DNA of 63,971 bases, the filler included, from Vezdaea acicularis (Eukaryota), in NCBI GenBank assembly GCA_026025075.1. It is 3 parts of 3 records of this genome, joined end to end, with 100 filler letters (N's around TTAATTAATTAA, not from the genome) between each part and the next. Parts side by side here need not be neighbours in the genome. Positions count along the whole stretch, not along the records: positions 1 to 27,599 come from JAPEUI010000174.1; 2 more parts are not named here. One strand, given 5' to 3'. The position numbers and the translations under genes are program-made. Below the pieces are notes generated by a model. That model was not told where the DNA came from. It searched no databases and was given only the letters and a program-made list of their open reading frames with translations. This document shows positions 13,217-25,589 of this stretch, one piece after another. The first letter of the stretch is position 1. Every line of letters begins with the position of its first letter.

Positions 13217-14420
13217 TCAAACATAAACATTGGCGGCCACCGTCCCCGTACTCTCCGCCTTAAACCCCTCAAGGGCCCACGTGCGATCGCCCACGACCTC
13301 CATCTTAGTCGTGATGGCACTCAGGCCCACCCCACCCTTAGTCTCCGCGCCCGCACCAGCACCACCTCCAACGACCTCATCCACATCGACAATGCCCGCG
13401 GTGATGGTCTGGCCGGGTTTGACGGCCACGCTGATGGTGGTGAGACGCGTGCCGGGGCCGGAGAGGGTGAAGTTGGGGCTGGTGCCGGAGTGCGTGATGG
13501 TGCTGTTGTAGGCGGCGGCGTGGTTGGCGACGGGGGATACCTCGGCGTAGCTGCTGCTGTCGTTGGCCCAGAAACAGCCTTCGTTTGGTTTGCAGCAGGG
13601 GCCGGGGAGGGGGAGGGGTCTGTGGGTGGGAAGGGGAGGTTTAGTTTTGGAATGCTGATATGATAGGGGTAAGGAGGGGGGGGGAGAGAACTCACTGGCG
13701 GACGCAGTCGGGGTCGCGGTAACCCCCGGGACACGCTTCGCATAGTGTCATGTTGTGCGGATCAAAGTCCTCGGTGACGAGGCCCCAGATCTCCGCGACG
13801 TAGCCGAGGCTGTAGCACGAGAGATCGACCTGGATCGTGAAGTTCGAGCGGAGGCTCTTGATGCTGACGTTTGCGGGCGGGTCTCCGTTCTCGCAGGACG
13901 CGTTGCTGAGCTGCGTGGCATTGGCGATGCCGGCGTACGAGTTCACGGGGATGTATGGCGGGGACTGGTCGTACGCCTGCGGGGAGACGCAGGTGCAGTT
14001 GCTGACGCAGTCGAAGACGGCGGGGACTTCCTGCGAGGGCGTGATGCCGAAGTTGGGGAAGCAGATCGGCGTGCTCGTGTTGGAGGTGCATTGGCAGCCG
14101 AAGTTGTTGAAGACGCACAGGTCGTTGAAGGAGGTGAAGTTGTTGCGATACGTCCCCGGCGGGTAGCCGGATGCGGGGAGGGAGCCCGTGCAGTTGAGGA
14201 CCTGGATGAGTGAGTATTTTCAGACATAGGACAGCTGAGAAGTCAATCGCGATGGACGAGTCAAGGCGACTCGCAAAGGAAACGCAAGCCTTACCGTCAA
14301 GTCATACGGGCTTGTATCCGTTGTGTTCCCCAGCGCCTGGACTTCTCCTACAGGGACCAGCGACCAACCAGCGGCAAGCCGGACTAACAATAAAAGCGCA
14401 GGAAATATCAGATGAATCAT
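13217..14420 (-). CDS. Secreted cysteine-rich protein A (~344 aa; exons 14420-14295, 14201-13696, 13619-13217)
   Basis: Signal peptide MIHLIFPALLLLVRLAAG and phase-compatible GT-AG introns. Contains the domain LNCTGSLP...LC...NFGCQC...C...CVSNCTC, further Cys motifs and several N-x-S/T sequons. The ORF track does not show it as one ORF. Confidence 0.8.
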
Positions 14421-15416
14421 CGCAAGATGATCTTCGGCTCGACAGAGCCCACGGTAGACCTTCACGAGAACGGTCCACGATAAAAAAGAAGCCCACCACA
14501 AATCAAATGTATGGACACGAAGGAAAGGCTTGGCAGATCGAATGCCATTATTGCCGGAGAGGCAATTACTTATACAAGAGATTGCTGATGACGTCTACGT
14601 GGGCGCATTGACGCCGCATGGTGGAGGAGATGAGTACCTTCTCCTCCACAAGAGGGGAAGCTCATATGCCTTTTCCATCGCTTCGAAACAGGCGCTCGGT
14701 AGAGGATGTTTCGCGCTCAAATAAAGGGTGTTGAAGATGTGGTTGGCGACAAACGTATTTGATCCTTCGCGTGCAGTGAATCTGGTAGCAGAAAATTGGT
14801 GAGGGCTTTCTCGCCCCGCAAAGCGGCCGGCTGCTCGCCGAGAACGAGGCTTAACCCGAGGGAAAGGAAACGCGATTGGATGAGAAAATCTTAAATCATT
14901 CGGAGTCCCTCAATTTAGGCTTCAAAACCCATTTCTTCAAGTCAACGAAATGGGGGGCTTTCGTATTTCCTGAGGGTCGCGTAAGTCGTGGGTGGAGCGT
15001 TGCGGTATATTTCCGACATTCGTCCTGAGCAATGACCTCCTTCGTGACCAAATTTCAAGACTGCGCGTAGACTGTGCTTAGTGTGCCAAAAGAACAAGGT
15101 ACGTGTACCGTGGAAATGGCTGTGTGACGGCACTCAGGTGCTCGTCGAAAGCGTGGTAGATGGTAGTTACTACATATAGTTATACAGGAGGTTAGTATGA
15201 AACTGATTAATCCGCTTATATCCCGATGCGGATAGGAATGCCCGTCTCTTCTAATCCCCGTCAGCCAAATGCCTATCAAAGCGGAAGCGCCAGTCGGTCA
15301 AGCAAACCCCACCCACTGGTCCATCAAACCTTATGCCCAGAATGTACACGCTAAAAATCTCAAGCCGTAGTAGAAAATATCCGTCTACTCCAATGCGCAT
15401 GCGACAAATGGAATGA

Positions 15417-17017
15417 TTAAGCATCGGGGTGGCTCTCCCTCCATTGTTCCTCCTTTCGCCATTCATTCTCCCTGCGCGCCTGCTCTTCTTGCTGCCTCGC
15501 CCGTTCTCTTTGTATTCTCTCCTTTTCCAACTGCTCAATCTCCTTCTGGCGCTGCTCTTTCTCCTTCTCCCACTCCGCCTTCTCGCGCTCCCTCTGTTCG
15601 CGTTCCTGTTGGAGCTCCTCCTGCACTTTCTGCCTCTCCTCGTCATTTTTCTTCTTCTCGTAATCGGATTCGAGATCTTCAGGCCATTGAGGAACGTAGT
15701 CAGTCTTTCCGGTGAATAGTTTATTAAGATTTTGGCGCACATCGAATACTATGTCATCGGAATAACCTTGAAGGCGGTAGCCGCCCTGTTTGTCTTCGCG
15801 GTCGGAGTCCTTACTTGTACTTCCCATAGGTCGGTGGACGCCGATTAACGGTGGCCACACACCGATACACCTGACGCCCTGCTTGCAGTAGTCTGCCAGG
15901 GTCAAGTCAATCTCTCTGTAGGCGTCTTGCAATCTCTCAAGCAACTTTTGGGCGCCTCGTTGACTGACGGCATAGGCTGCCGTGCACACTGCACCGCTGG
16001 TCGGGTACATGATGCGGGTTTGCTCCGGATACGCGGTATCGTCCAGGTGGCTGACGAGACTCCAGCGACGGTGTCTTCGAGGGACAGTTGCGCCTTGTTC
16101 TGTAACAAACGTGCGGTTATCATGTTCATCCGGGCTCTGACCGCAGTGTCCGATCCAGATGAGATCCCAATCATCACCGTAAGGGCTATGGGGTACGACA
16201 TGAGTGGCGTTGCTGACGTTGCTGAACATGCGACTGCCGTATGCAAAAGAGCTGAGTTGCTCCTTGAGGTGGACGTCCCAGGTCGCATCATCTTCAAAGA
16301 ACAGAGCAGAGGAAATCTCGTCCTTTACAACCCTTTGACGAGTGTCAGCAATAGAAGTCGACTAGAAGAAGTGGTGGCCAGCTTACTCTGACAGCATATT
16401 CATATGACCGCGGAAGCAGCCTAAACTGCTTTTCAACAGACTTCGGTCCCAATGCTATGAACAGAGTTAGTGGGATGCTTGTCAACTAAAGAGCAGGGTA
16501 CAGTACGGGAGGGTACGCTTTCTCGAGTATCTCATCGCCATCCACTCCATCCCGGAATTCGATATTGATCTTCGACGCTTTGCCGGCGAGGACGAGCTGA
16601 TCTTGCTTGTCTGTCCGACCAGGCATGCTCAACGCAAAGATCCTTTCGAACTGTATACGCGTTAGCCACGATAGCCACGAACAACCAGAATTGGCCATGG
16701 CATGATCATGCACGTACTCCCAGCGTCTTATTCTTTATCCGATCATATCCTTTCCCCGAAACGTCTCCAAAGAAAGTGGTATTATACCTGGGACCCGATC
16801 CGGACTCAGATTCGGATACGAGCGGGTCCTTGAGTGCCACAGGCCGAGGTAGATGCAGATGCTCATAATTAAGAAGGGTGAAGGAGAAGATGACACAGGC
16901 GCACACCAAGGCAGTAATCATGCGGCGGTTGATGCGGCCCCCGCGTATAGCGTCCATTGCTGTAGGTAAAAACGCCTGCTTTTCTGTGGGGCTGGATGGT
17001 GCACTGGGCAAGTACAT
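15417..17017 (-). CDS. Glycosyltransferase family 25 protein (type II membrane), four exons, with a charged coiled-coil C-tail
   Basis: N-terminal TM (ITALVCACVIFSFTLL), then FERIFALSMPGRTDK, GCFRGHMN, ALFFEDDATWD, SPYGDDWDLIWIGHCG and VCTAAYAVSQRGAQKLL. Confidence 0.88.
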
Positions 17018-19052
17018 TGCTGATAGGAAACAAACGATCTTTCGACGACGAGAAAGAAAGACAGAAAGGAAAGGCGCCGAGGAGTAAGGAAGAGGAAGGA
17101 TAGGGTTGATTAGGGCGTGGGAGAACTCATGAAGGACGAATTTGCATGGAGGAGGAGGGATGTCTCAACCATGAAAAGGAACACAGACTAGGAAATTGAT
17201 TGACAATCGGAGCAAACCAGCCAGCAGCTGAGCTGTAGCTAAGGCTCCAAGGTGACATCGGGAAAGGAAGTAGTGGCCTGGCTAGACCGTTCTCCTTATT
17301 TCGACGAAGAGATACACATTTGGTGGCGTGCCCGAAGGCAGCGTCCCCCTCGGTCGCGAACAGGCCGCAGACTCAAAATATCGATAAAACGGCCGGTTGA
17401 CCATATTCTGCAAGCTTGGCAAAGCTTGACCGGCGATTGGTTCAGGGGTTCGCTAACCGCTGTTTATCCTTCGTGGCTCGGAAATTCGGCTCAAAGCTAT
17501 ATTGTAGAGGTCCGCCAGCATGGCCCGACAGTGGCAGCTTCTCTGGTCAAGCTGCGCAGAGCTCCGTCGAGATCTCAAGAGTCTTCAAAACTCCTTCTAG
17601 ATCATCGTCGCATGGATCGCCGTGCATGAACGGTGATTAGTCGATGGGTTTGTCGACACCGTCGTATCCGATTTCGTGGCGAAGAGCCGGGGTGCCATGC
17701 ATGCCATGCAAGATGACCAGGGTGTCACTCGGCTAGGGCGAATTCATTGACCAAAGCGGCAATCCAAACGATTCCGAAAAGTGCCCCCCCCTCGAGACTC
17801 CATGTGAGATATAGGGGTACAATGGATGAGATGATCAAGGCCATACGGCCGAATTGGAGAAGCTCAATCTCGGGAGCATCAACCGCATCCTCTCCCCATC
17901 GGTAAATCGGGGAGCCTCGGTTCAAGCTAAAAGCTATTTGGAGCCTTTTGCTTACATAGCGAGATTTGGCCATCCTTGATCCCAGCAACCACAACTTTAG
18001 CCCAGACTCAAATCCGACCTCAGCCACGAATCTCTTTCACTAATCAGGTAGCATACGCCGACGGTGCAACATCATGCATGCGTGGATATCCCCCCATTTT
18101 CATTGCGACGCTCTCTCTCGAAATCTGATAGTCACATGCGGAAACAGGAGACTGCTAAGCCTTTCCGATCATGCGTTCTTCAGAGATGGACTCGCAAAAC
18201 GTTTCTGGAATGTTAGTACGGGGCAGTCGCTATTATACTACTATGTGTATCTAATACATCTAAAATTTGTCTCGCTGAGTGGTCATGTCTCGCCTGATGG
18301 TTGAAAACATTACCCTTACAGATTCGCCCCGAGAATTGACAGGGGAAGTGCTTGGTACGAGAGCAGTCAGCAACGCAATAGAATCGCCCAAGATGGGTGA
18401 AGCAGTCCTCTCCTTTCACAGCAATCATTCTAGCTAGATGTATCCAAAGAAATTTATCCAGGCAATTAATCTCACTATTCTCGGAATGGCATTGAGCCGA
18501 TCCTGGCAAGAATAATGATACCAAAGAAGGTCTTATCTCGTACCCACTTGATTAACGAAGTTCCAGCTTGACAAATAGGAACGCTAAGAATTTCACAATG
18601 CAAGGACAGTAGTTCTTAAAACATAAACTTGCCCCAGACGATCAAGTCTTTTGAGACAGGTGGTCGAAAAGGAATAGGGAATGACAATGCTGACTATAGA
18701 AAGTACAAGCCCTTTCCCTTGTGGACCTCTGATAGAGCATTTGAGGTCATGTTTAGATTGCTCAGTAGATCTTTTAGACCTTTAGACCTTTTACGGTCGA
18801 AAATCAAGAGTCTAAGTACGAGAGTCGTATGCTCAGGTACTAGATTCTCCCAGCCTTGTCAGCCTTTTCAGCCTTGTCACACAACAAGGCTGCACTGCTA
18901 CGGGACCCTGCTTTGTGTATTTATAGAACGTCAAATCCAGCGTTCAAAGCCTTCTCATATCATCTCCGATATGGCCGTACCATCATCTTGGTCAAGCGTG
19001 TTAGCAATATCTCTCTGATTACCCAACATCATCACGTCCACAAGTTTTCTCA

Positions 19053-22000
19053 ATGGAATTTGGTTTAGCCGCCAGCATAGTTACCATCATAGGAGCTAGC
19101 GCCAAGACTGTTAAATATCTGCAGGATGTGAAAGATGCTCCACCTGCTCGACGGAAGCTTGCCGTGGAAGTGGCTAGTCTCTTGAGCCTTCTCACGGACT
19201 TGCAATACCGAGTTGAGGGAGCAAAGGCAAACGAGCCATGGCTCCAGGGTGTTCAATCGCTTGCAGTAGAAAACGGACCCTTGGACCAGGTCAGGGGAGT
19301 AATGGAAGACTTGGCCAGGAAACTTCGACCAGTCGGGAAGCTCAAGGGATCTGTCCGAGCTTTGATCTGGACATTCGATAAAGAGAAGACCGATGACATG
19401 CTATCAAAGATCAATCGTGTCAACATGCAAATAAGTATTGCTCTACAGAAAGACCAATTGTTTGTTCACCAAAAGACCCAATTCCGTGTATATAGACACT
19501 AAACGTTCGTAGTGCACTATCTCTAAGGACGGACAAACAAGTCGAAGGTGTTGATGGGAAGGTACACGACATTGCAGATGGCGTTTCAGCATTACGCCTA
19601 GGTAAATCAAGACTATCCAAAATTCCCCGGCGGGATCAGTACTGACAGCCCATCAATTCAGACCAAAAGGAAGCGGCCTTAACTGGACGTCGTCGCCTTA
19701 TGGCAGAATGGATATCACCATTGGACTTCCATCATATACATAATGCCGCTCTGAGTAGCAGGCAATCAGACACAGGGAAATGGTTCCTAGAGTCTGAGCA
19801 GTTCAAACAATGGCTTCAGGGAACAAGTAAAGCTCTCTGGTGTCCGGGGATGCGTCAGTTCAAACTCTCTTTATACTTACTCTCTTGACACTTACTGACC
19901 GAAGATCTAGCCGGTGCCGGTAAAACAGTTATTGCGTAAGTTCCTTTCCCTTCCCTGCTCAATGATAACTTCGAACCTTTTAATAGAGCGATTGCTATAG
20001 ATCATGTGCAAAAACGATATACTAGTACGAAAACTGGAATGGCTTACATCTATTGCAATTATAAAGAGCAAAGCGAACAGACCTCCGTCAATCTTGTCGG
20101 CAGTCTACTACAGCAGCTGGCTCAGCAAAACCCTTCCATATTGGATAACTTGACGAGCATCTACGAACATCATTCTTCCAAAAATACCCGTCCAGCGCTT
20201 CACGAGATATCAAAAGTCTTTCAATCGACAATCTCCAGCTTTAAAAACGTCTTCATAGTCATAGACGCTCTTGACGAATGTTGTGAAGAGAACGGATCTC
20301 GAGATGGATTGCTTGAAAGTCTCGGAGCCTTGGTTGATAATGCACGATTCATGTTCACTTCAAGACCTAATGTGCGTATCAACAAAGGATTTCCGTATAT
20401 GCAAGAGTTGGAAATAATTGCAAGTAATGAAGACGTACGGACCTACTTGGATGCAAGGATTCTCCAAACACCTCGACTTGTCCGTATCATCAGATCACAT
20501 CTTGATCTTAAAGACATGATTGCAGATACTATCTCTAATAATGTCGAAGGAATGTATGTATTCTCTAATTCATCTGTTCTATCGTCAAGTAGACCAACAA
20601 TCTGACTTATTCTACCGCTGCAAATTGATCCACAGCAAAAACCATCTGACGGTTTCGCCAGGTTTCTACTAGCTCGGTTTCACATGGACTCGGTATCAAA
20701 CAAGCGTAGTCGGAATGAACTCCTCAAAGCTTTGCCGAACCTATCTAGTAGTTTGGAAGGAGCATATAACGAAGCGCTAGAGAGAATCGATGCTCAAGGG
20801 AAAGACGATCGACAGCTCGCCATGAAGGTAATATACTGGATCACCTTGGCCAAGGTCCCTTTGACTGTGCGTGAGCTTCAACATGCCCTCGCTGTCAAAC
20901 CCAGAGCAAGCCGACTAGACGAAGGTGATATTGTCGATGAGGAGACTCTATTGTCAGTTTGCGCCGGCTTAATCACTATCGAACCAAAGAGTCATATAGT
21001 CCGCTTAGTCCATTTCACAACACAAGACTACTTCAGAAGCATTCAGAAGGCTCGCTATCCAGATATTCATGCAGAAATTGCAACTGCTTGTCTCACCTAC
21101 CTCCTTTTTGAAGACTTCGCGACAGGACCATGCGCCAGCGATATGGATTTCTTAAATAGATTAGAAGTAAATGCTTTTCTAGACTATAGCGCTCGATATT
21201 GGGGTGAACATACGCGCGAAGTGGAAGATGCTGTTGAAATACCTGTTTTGGAGTTGCTTCAAGATAAATCACGCCTATCTTCCTATGCCCAGGTGACTCA
21301 TGTTCCAGAGTACAAATATGAAGGATTCAGCCAGTATTTTCCAAGAGGGGTTTCCGGGCTACAAGTTGCAGCAGCTTCTGGTCTAAATCAGACGATATAT
21401 CTGCTGCTGGAGAAGGGGGTCGACGTCGAGGCCAAAGACAGCCACGGATGGACAGCCCTGATCTTGGCAGCCTGGGGAGGGCACGAGGCCGTGGTGCGGC
21501 TGCTGCTGGAGAAAGGGGCCGACGTCGAGGCCAAGGACAGCGAGGGAAGGACGGCCCTGATCTGGGCAGCTCGGGGAGGGCACGAGGCCGTGGCGCGGCT
21601 GCTGCTGGAGAAAGGGGCCGACGTCGAGGTCGAGGCCGAGGACAGCCGCGGAAGAACGGCCCTGATCTGGGCAGCTTGGGAAGGGCACGAGGCCGTGGTG
21701 CGTCTGCTGCTGGAAAAAGGGGCCGACGTCGAGGCCAAGGACAGCGATGGAAGGACGGCCCTGATCTGGGCAGCTGCTGAAGAGTACGATCGCGTGTTGA
21801 TGCAGTGGCTGGAGGAAGTGACCGATTTCGAGGCCAAAGACAACCGGGGAAGGACAGCCCGGTATGGGGCAGCTGGGAGAGGGCACGAGGCCGTGGTACG
21901 GCAGCTGTTGGAGAAAGGGGCCGACGTCGAGGCCAAGGGCAGCTGGGGAGGGACAGCCCTGCATGAGGTAGCTCAGGGAGGGCGCGAGGCCGTGGTGCGG

Positions 22001-23218
22001 CAGCTGCTGGAGAAAGGGGCCGACGTCGAGGCCGAGGACAGCCATGGAAGAATGGCCCTGATCTGGGCAGCTTCGGAAGGGCACGAGGCCGTGGTGCGGC
22101 TGCTGCTGGAAAAAGGGGCCGACGTCGAGGCCAAGGACAGCGAGGGAATGACAGCCCTGTATGGGGCAGCTGGGGGAGGGCACGAGGCCGTGGTACGGCT
22201 GCTGCTGGAAAAAGGGGCCGACGTCGAGGCCAAGAACAGCGAGGGAAGGACGGCCCTGAGCTGGGCTGCTGAAGAAGGGTACGAGGCCGTAGTGCGGCAG
22301 CTGCTGCAGAACGGGGCCAACGTCGAGGCCAAGGACAGCAAGGGATGGACGGCCTTAGGGTGGGCATCTGTTCGCGCACGCGAGGCTGTGATACCGATGC
22401 TGCTGGAGAAAGGGGCCGAGGTCGGGGGTAAGGACAGCAATGCATGGACGGCTCTGGGCTCGCCAGCTGAGGAAGGGCACAAGGCCGTGGTACAGCTGCT
22501 GGGCGAAGGGGCCGACATTGAGGCTAAGGACAGCCGGAGAAGGTCGATTCTAAGGAGAGCAGCTGAAGAAGGGCATGATGCCGTTGTGCGGCTGCTGCTG
22601 GAAAAGGGGGCCGACGTCGAGGCCAAGGACAGCGAGGGAAGGACAGCTCTGTATGGGGCAGCTGAAGAAGGGCATGATACCGTTGTGCGGCAGCTGCTGG
22701 AAAAGGGGGCCGACGTCGAGGCCAAGGACAGCCAGGGAAGGACAGCTCTGTATGGGGCAGCTCGGGGAGGGCACGAGGCCGTGGTGCGGCAGCTGCTGGA
22801 GAAAGGGGCCGACGTCGAGGCCAAGGACAGCCAGGGAAGGACGGCCCTGCATGAGGCAGCTGAAGAAGGGCGCGAGGCCGTGGTGCGGCAGCTGCTGGGA
22901 AAAGGGGCCGACGTCGAGGCCAAGAACAGCTGGGGAGGGACAGCCCTGCATGAGGCAGCTGAAGAAGGGCGCGAGGCCGTGGTGCGGCAGCTGCTGGGAA
23001 AAGGGGCCGACGTCGAGGCCAAGGACAGCCAGGGAAGGACGGCCCTGCATGAGGCAGCTGGGGGAGGGCACGAGGCCGTAGTGCAGCTGCTGCTGGAGAA
23101 AGGGGCCGACGTCGAGGCCAAGGACAGGCAGGGAAGGACGGCCCCTTATGTGGCAGCTTTGGAAGGACACGAGGCCGTGGTGCGGCGGCTAAGATCTGTC
23201 TCACAGCATGGGAGTTAA
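19053..23218 (+). CDS. Fungal NLR-like STAND protein: HeLo-like/SesA-type N-terminal domain, NACHT NTPase, winged helix and 19 ankyrin repeats; six exons
   Basis: N-terminus MEFGLAASIVTIIGAS..., Walker A LWCPGMPGAGKT assembled across an intron, YIYCNYKE, Walker B FIVIDALDEC, FTSR, GMFLLARFH, VRLVHFTTQDYF, then ankyrin repeats. Five GT-AG introns restore a single frame. Confidence 0.92.
21347..23190 (+). repeat. Coding tandem array of 19 ankyrin repeats (~99-bp unit) with high internal DNA identity
   Basis: Recurrent gaggccgtggtgcggc...gctggagaaaggggccgacgtcgaggccaaggacagc; protein unit GxTALxxAAxxGHEAVVRLLLEKGADVEAKDSx. Confidence 0.97.
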
Positions 23219-23793
23219 CACTCTGCCGGCCCACCCACAGTCACAACACTTAAACGCCTTTTATATTCCCAAACTTCTTCCTTACCTATTTGTCAGCAGC
23301 ACGTCTCTCGTATTTGCTTTCTAGTTTCTCCGGCGAGATATGTAAGAAATGATTGCGAATGATGATTTCACAATGCTGTTGAAGTCATAGAGATTGTCAC
23401 ATCTAGTGCAAGAGAAATTGATGCTCGAAGTGGAAGATTCCCTTGATTGATATTCAAAAGGTCCCAGCCGCGACCTGATCCAAATATCCTGTCTTGTGGA
23501 ACAATTAGACTCAAGAAAGGTTTGAGGTTGTCATTAAGGTGCACGCCAGCTCAATCAGGCAATTAACAGGAGCCCAACCAAAGGCTCATCCTTAATTTGG
23601 GGTATAAGACTTTAAGAGGGGTAGTGCATAAATCATGCACTATATACAGGTTCATCATTTGCACTAAGTCATCGTGCAATTAGCGAAGAAACCCTATAAT
23701 TCTTCATCCTTGCACAACTTTAAACCATACAATCTAACAAGTAACTCTTGACTGTCTAGCAGGTGGACATAAAGGGTATCTCTTCGCTATCAT

Positions 23794-24381
23794 TCAACCG
23801 CCCCAAGTAACAAAAGGTCTGCAATTCCGGCCCCAATCTCTCTGCCGCCGTCCAGGCGAAAGTCCACATACCTTACCACTGACTTCTGCTGCTCTGTGTC
23901 TCCTATCTATCTGAAGTATCGGTCGTTCCGTAACAATCGAAGCGATGGAACACCGGCACGACGATATGCAATGTAAGCGAAGGTCACTGTTGTATAGATC
24001 TATATCGCTATGAGGAGGCGCATGACAGAGCACTCGTGTCGACACAAACGGGGCGGCGCAGGCACATCCCATGTTGAGTTGGTTCCAGCTGTTGTAGGCG
24101 CACAGCGCCGTGAGGGAGGAATAATGCTGTGGATATGTGTGTGGAGGCCAGGGGGGAGGAGGTAGTGGGCCCTCGCAAACTATTTCGTCTAGTAGGGAGT
24201 TGCGTGTTTCTGGAAAACCGGGCTGAGGGTTGTCTGGGTGGTATCGCGTTGGCGTTCTTGGACGGATGGCGATGTCATTTGAAGGTGGATCGAGGGCTGA
24301 GATAGAAGCAAGACTTGCCCCAGTTGATATGAAGACAAGGATGATTGAGCAGAGCAAGCCCGCGTAATTGCATGCTTCCAT
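23794..24381 (-). CDS. Secreted cysteine-rich protein B (~195 aa; C-terminus uncertain because of a possible GTATGT donor near 23871)
   Basis: Signal peptide MEACNYAGLLCSIILVFISTGASLA and an 8-Cys domain IVCEGPLP...LCAYN...NMGCAC...C...CISSCRC homologous to protein A. Confidence 0.78.
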   Translation of the reverse strand: MEACNYAGLLCSIILVFISTGASLASISALDPPSNDIAIRPRTPTRYHPDNPQPGFPETRNSLLDEIVCEGPLPPPPWPPHTYPQHYSSLTALCAYNSWNQLNMGCACAAPFVSTRVLCHAPPHSDIDLYNSDLRLHCISSCRCSIASIVTERPILQIDRRHRAAEVSGKVCGLSPGRRQRDWGRNCRPFVTWGG

Positions 24382-24984
24382 GACGTTTTGGTCAAGCGGG
24401 AGGCTAAGTCATGACCTCAAACAAAGGGCTTAATGTCACTAGATCGTAGAAATATATCCTCCATAGAAACCTGCATATGGAGAGAAGTGACTTTAAAAAG
24501 AACGAAGAGGCAAAGGATACAACATACACGCCATATAAGGCAGAGTATTATGGGGAAGGTGAGCTATGGAAAAATCCCTCGAAAGCTGGTCCAAGCTTTC
24601 CTCATTTTGGAATTAATACTTGGGAATAGGTGGGAGCTATGATTAGCTCCCGATCGAAACCAGATACTGTGAAGCCATATAGCACTATATGGCTTGCTGG
24701 TGTAAGCTGGATAGTAGGGTCAAGAAGCGCCTTGATTATATCTAGCCATTCTCTAGTTAATCCATGTGAAGGCGCGTTGTTGCGCATTCGCGAGCCCACC
24801 GGGAAACACTTCGGCAGGCCGGATCGCTAAGCTCCGATCCGCCGTAGCCATCCCTTTTTATTCGTCCACCGTCGACTTCCAGCTCAACTCCCCAAATCCC
24901 TTTACCCCATTCCTCGTATCTTCGACATCTCTGTCTGGAGAAACCGTCAAGCCAATTCTCTCTCCTCTCACTCTCACAAAACGT

Positions 24985-25328
24985 ATGCCCCTCACAATGC
25001 TCTACACCACCCCTCTCCTGCGCTGGCTGCAGCGCAAGCGGTACCAATACGAAGTCACCTTCTCACTCTACATGTTAACGCCCACCGAGAAGTTCATCTT
25101 CAGTGAGTCATGACATAAATAGTATTTCTCTGGAGGCACTTGCTGACTAGCGGGACAGACTCGTTTTTGTTCCTCTTCATCTCGATGATCATTATCGCCG
25201 CGTCACTTTACCTCCCGCAACACATCATGACGATCGCGAGCCGCGCCTGGTTCTATTATGCTGGAGAGGAGGGGGATGGATCTCGCGCCGGGAAGTGGGG
25301 GAGGGATGGAGGGGTGATTCAAACGTGA
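24985..25328 (+). CDS. Serine palmitoyltransferase small subunit-like protein (Tsc3/DUF3317), intron 25103-25158
   Basis: Spliced product LRWLQRKRYQYEVTFSLYMLTPTEKFIFNSFLFLFISMIIIAASLYLPQHI...RAWFYY. The start could instead be the ATG at 24997. Confidence 0.88.
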
Positions 25329-25589
25329 AGTGTGGGTGCTTCATGGAGTGTTCAATTGGTCGCTGATGGAGGGTTTCGATACCGGACTGCTCATAGGAGA
25401 TTGGCACCGCGAGGGAGCAAAGGAGCATTCCATCTGGAGTTTGAAGGCGTTGGTCTCTATCATGTATACGGCATTTCTGGGTCAAACTTGATCGAGCATG
25501 AGAATCTTGCTCGTATTCTTCCAGCGGATGAAAGAGGAGACGAAAGCTATCAGATAATCGCTAATCTTAATTTTCTTACACATAAATCC

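Noticed and set aside
17725..18524. Short minus-strand ORFs (100 and 103 aa) as a transposon relic or pseudogene
   Set aside because: No transposase or RT motif, terminal repeats or target duplication recognised.
18500..19500. Amyloid signalling motif or separate effector gene next to the NLR
   Set aside because: The NLR begins directly with a helical HeLo-like domain. I saw no HET-s, sigma or PP-type N/Q/G pseudo-repeat and no adjacent effector ORF.
21327..23234. Long repetitive antisense and alternate-frame ORFs (372, 382, 266, 236, 206 aa)
   Set aside because: Shadows of the GC-rich ankyrin array, with no independent coding signal.
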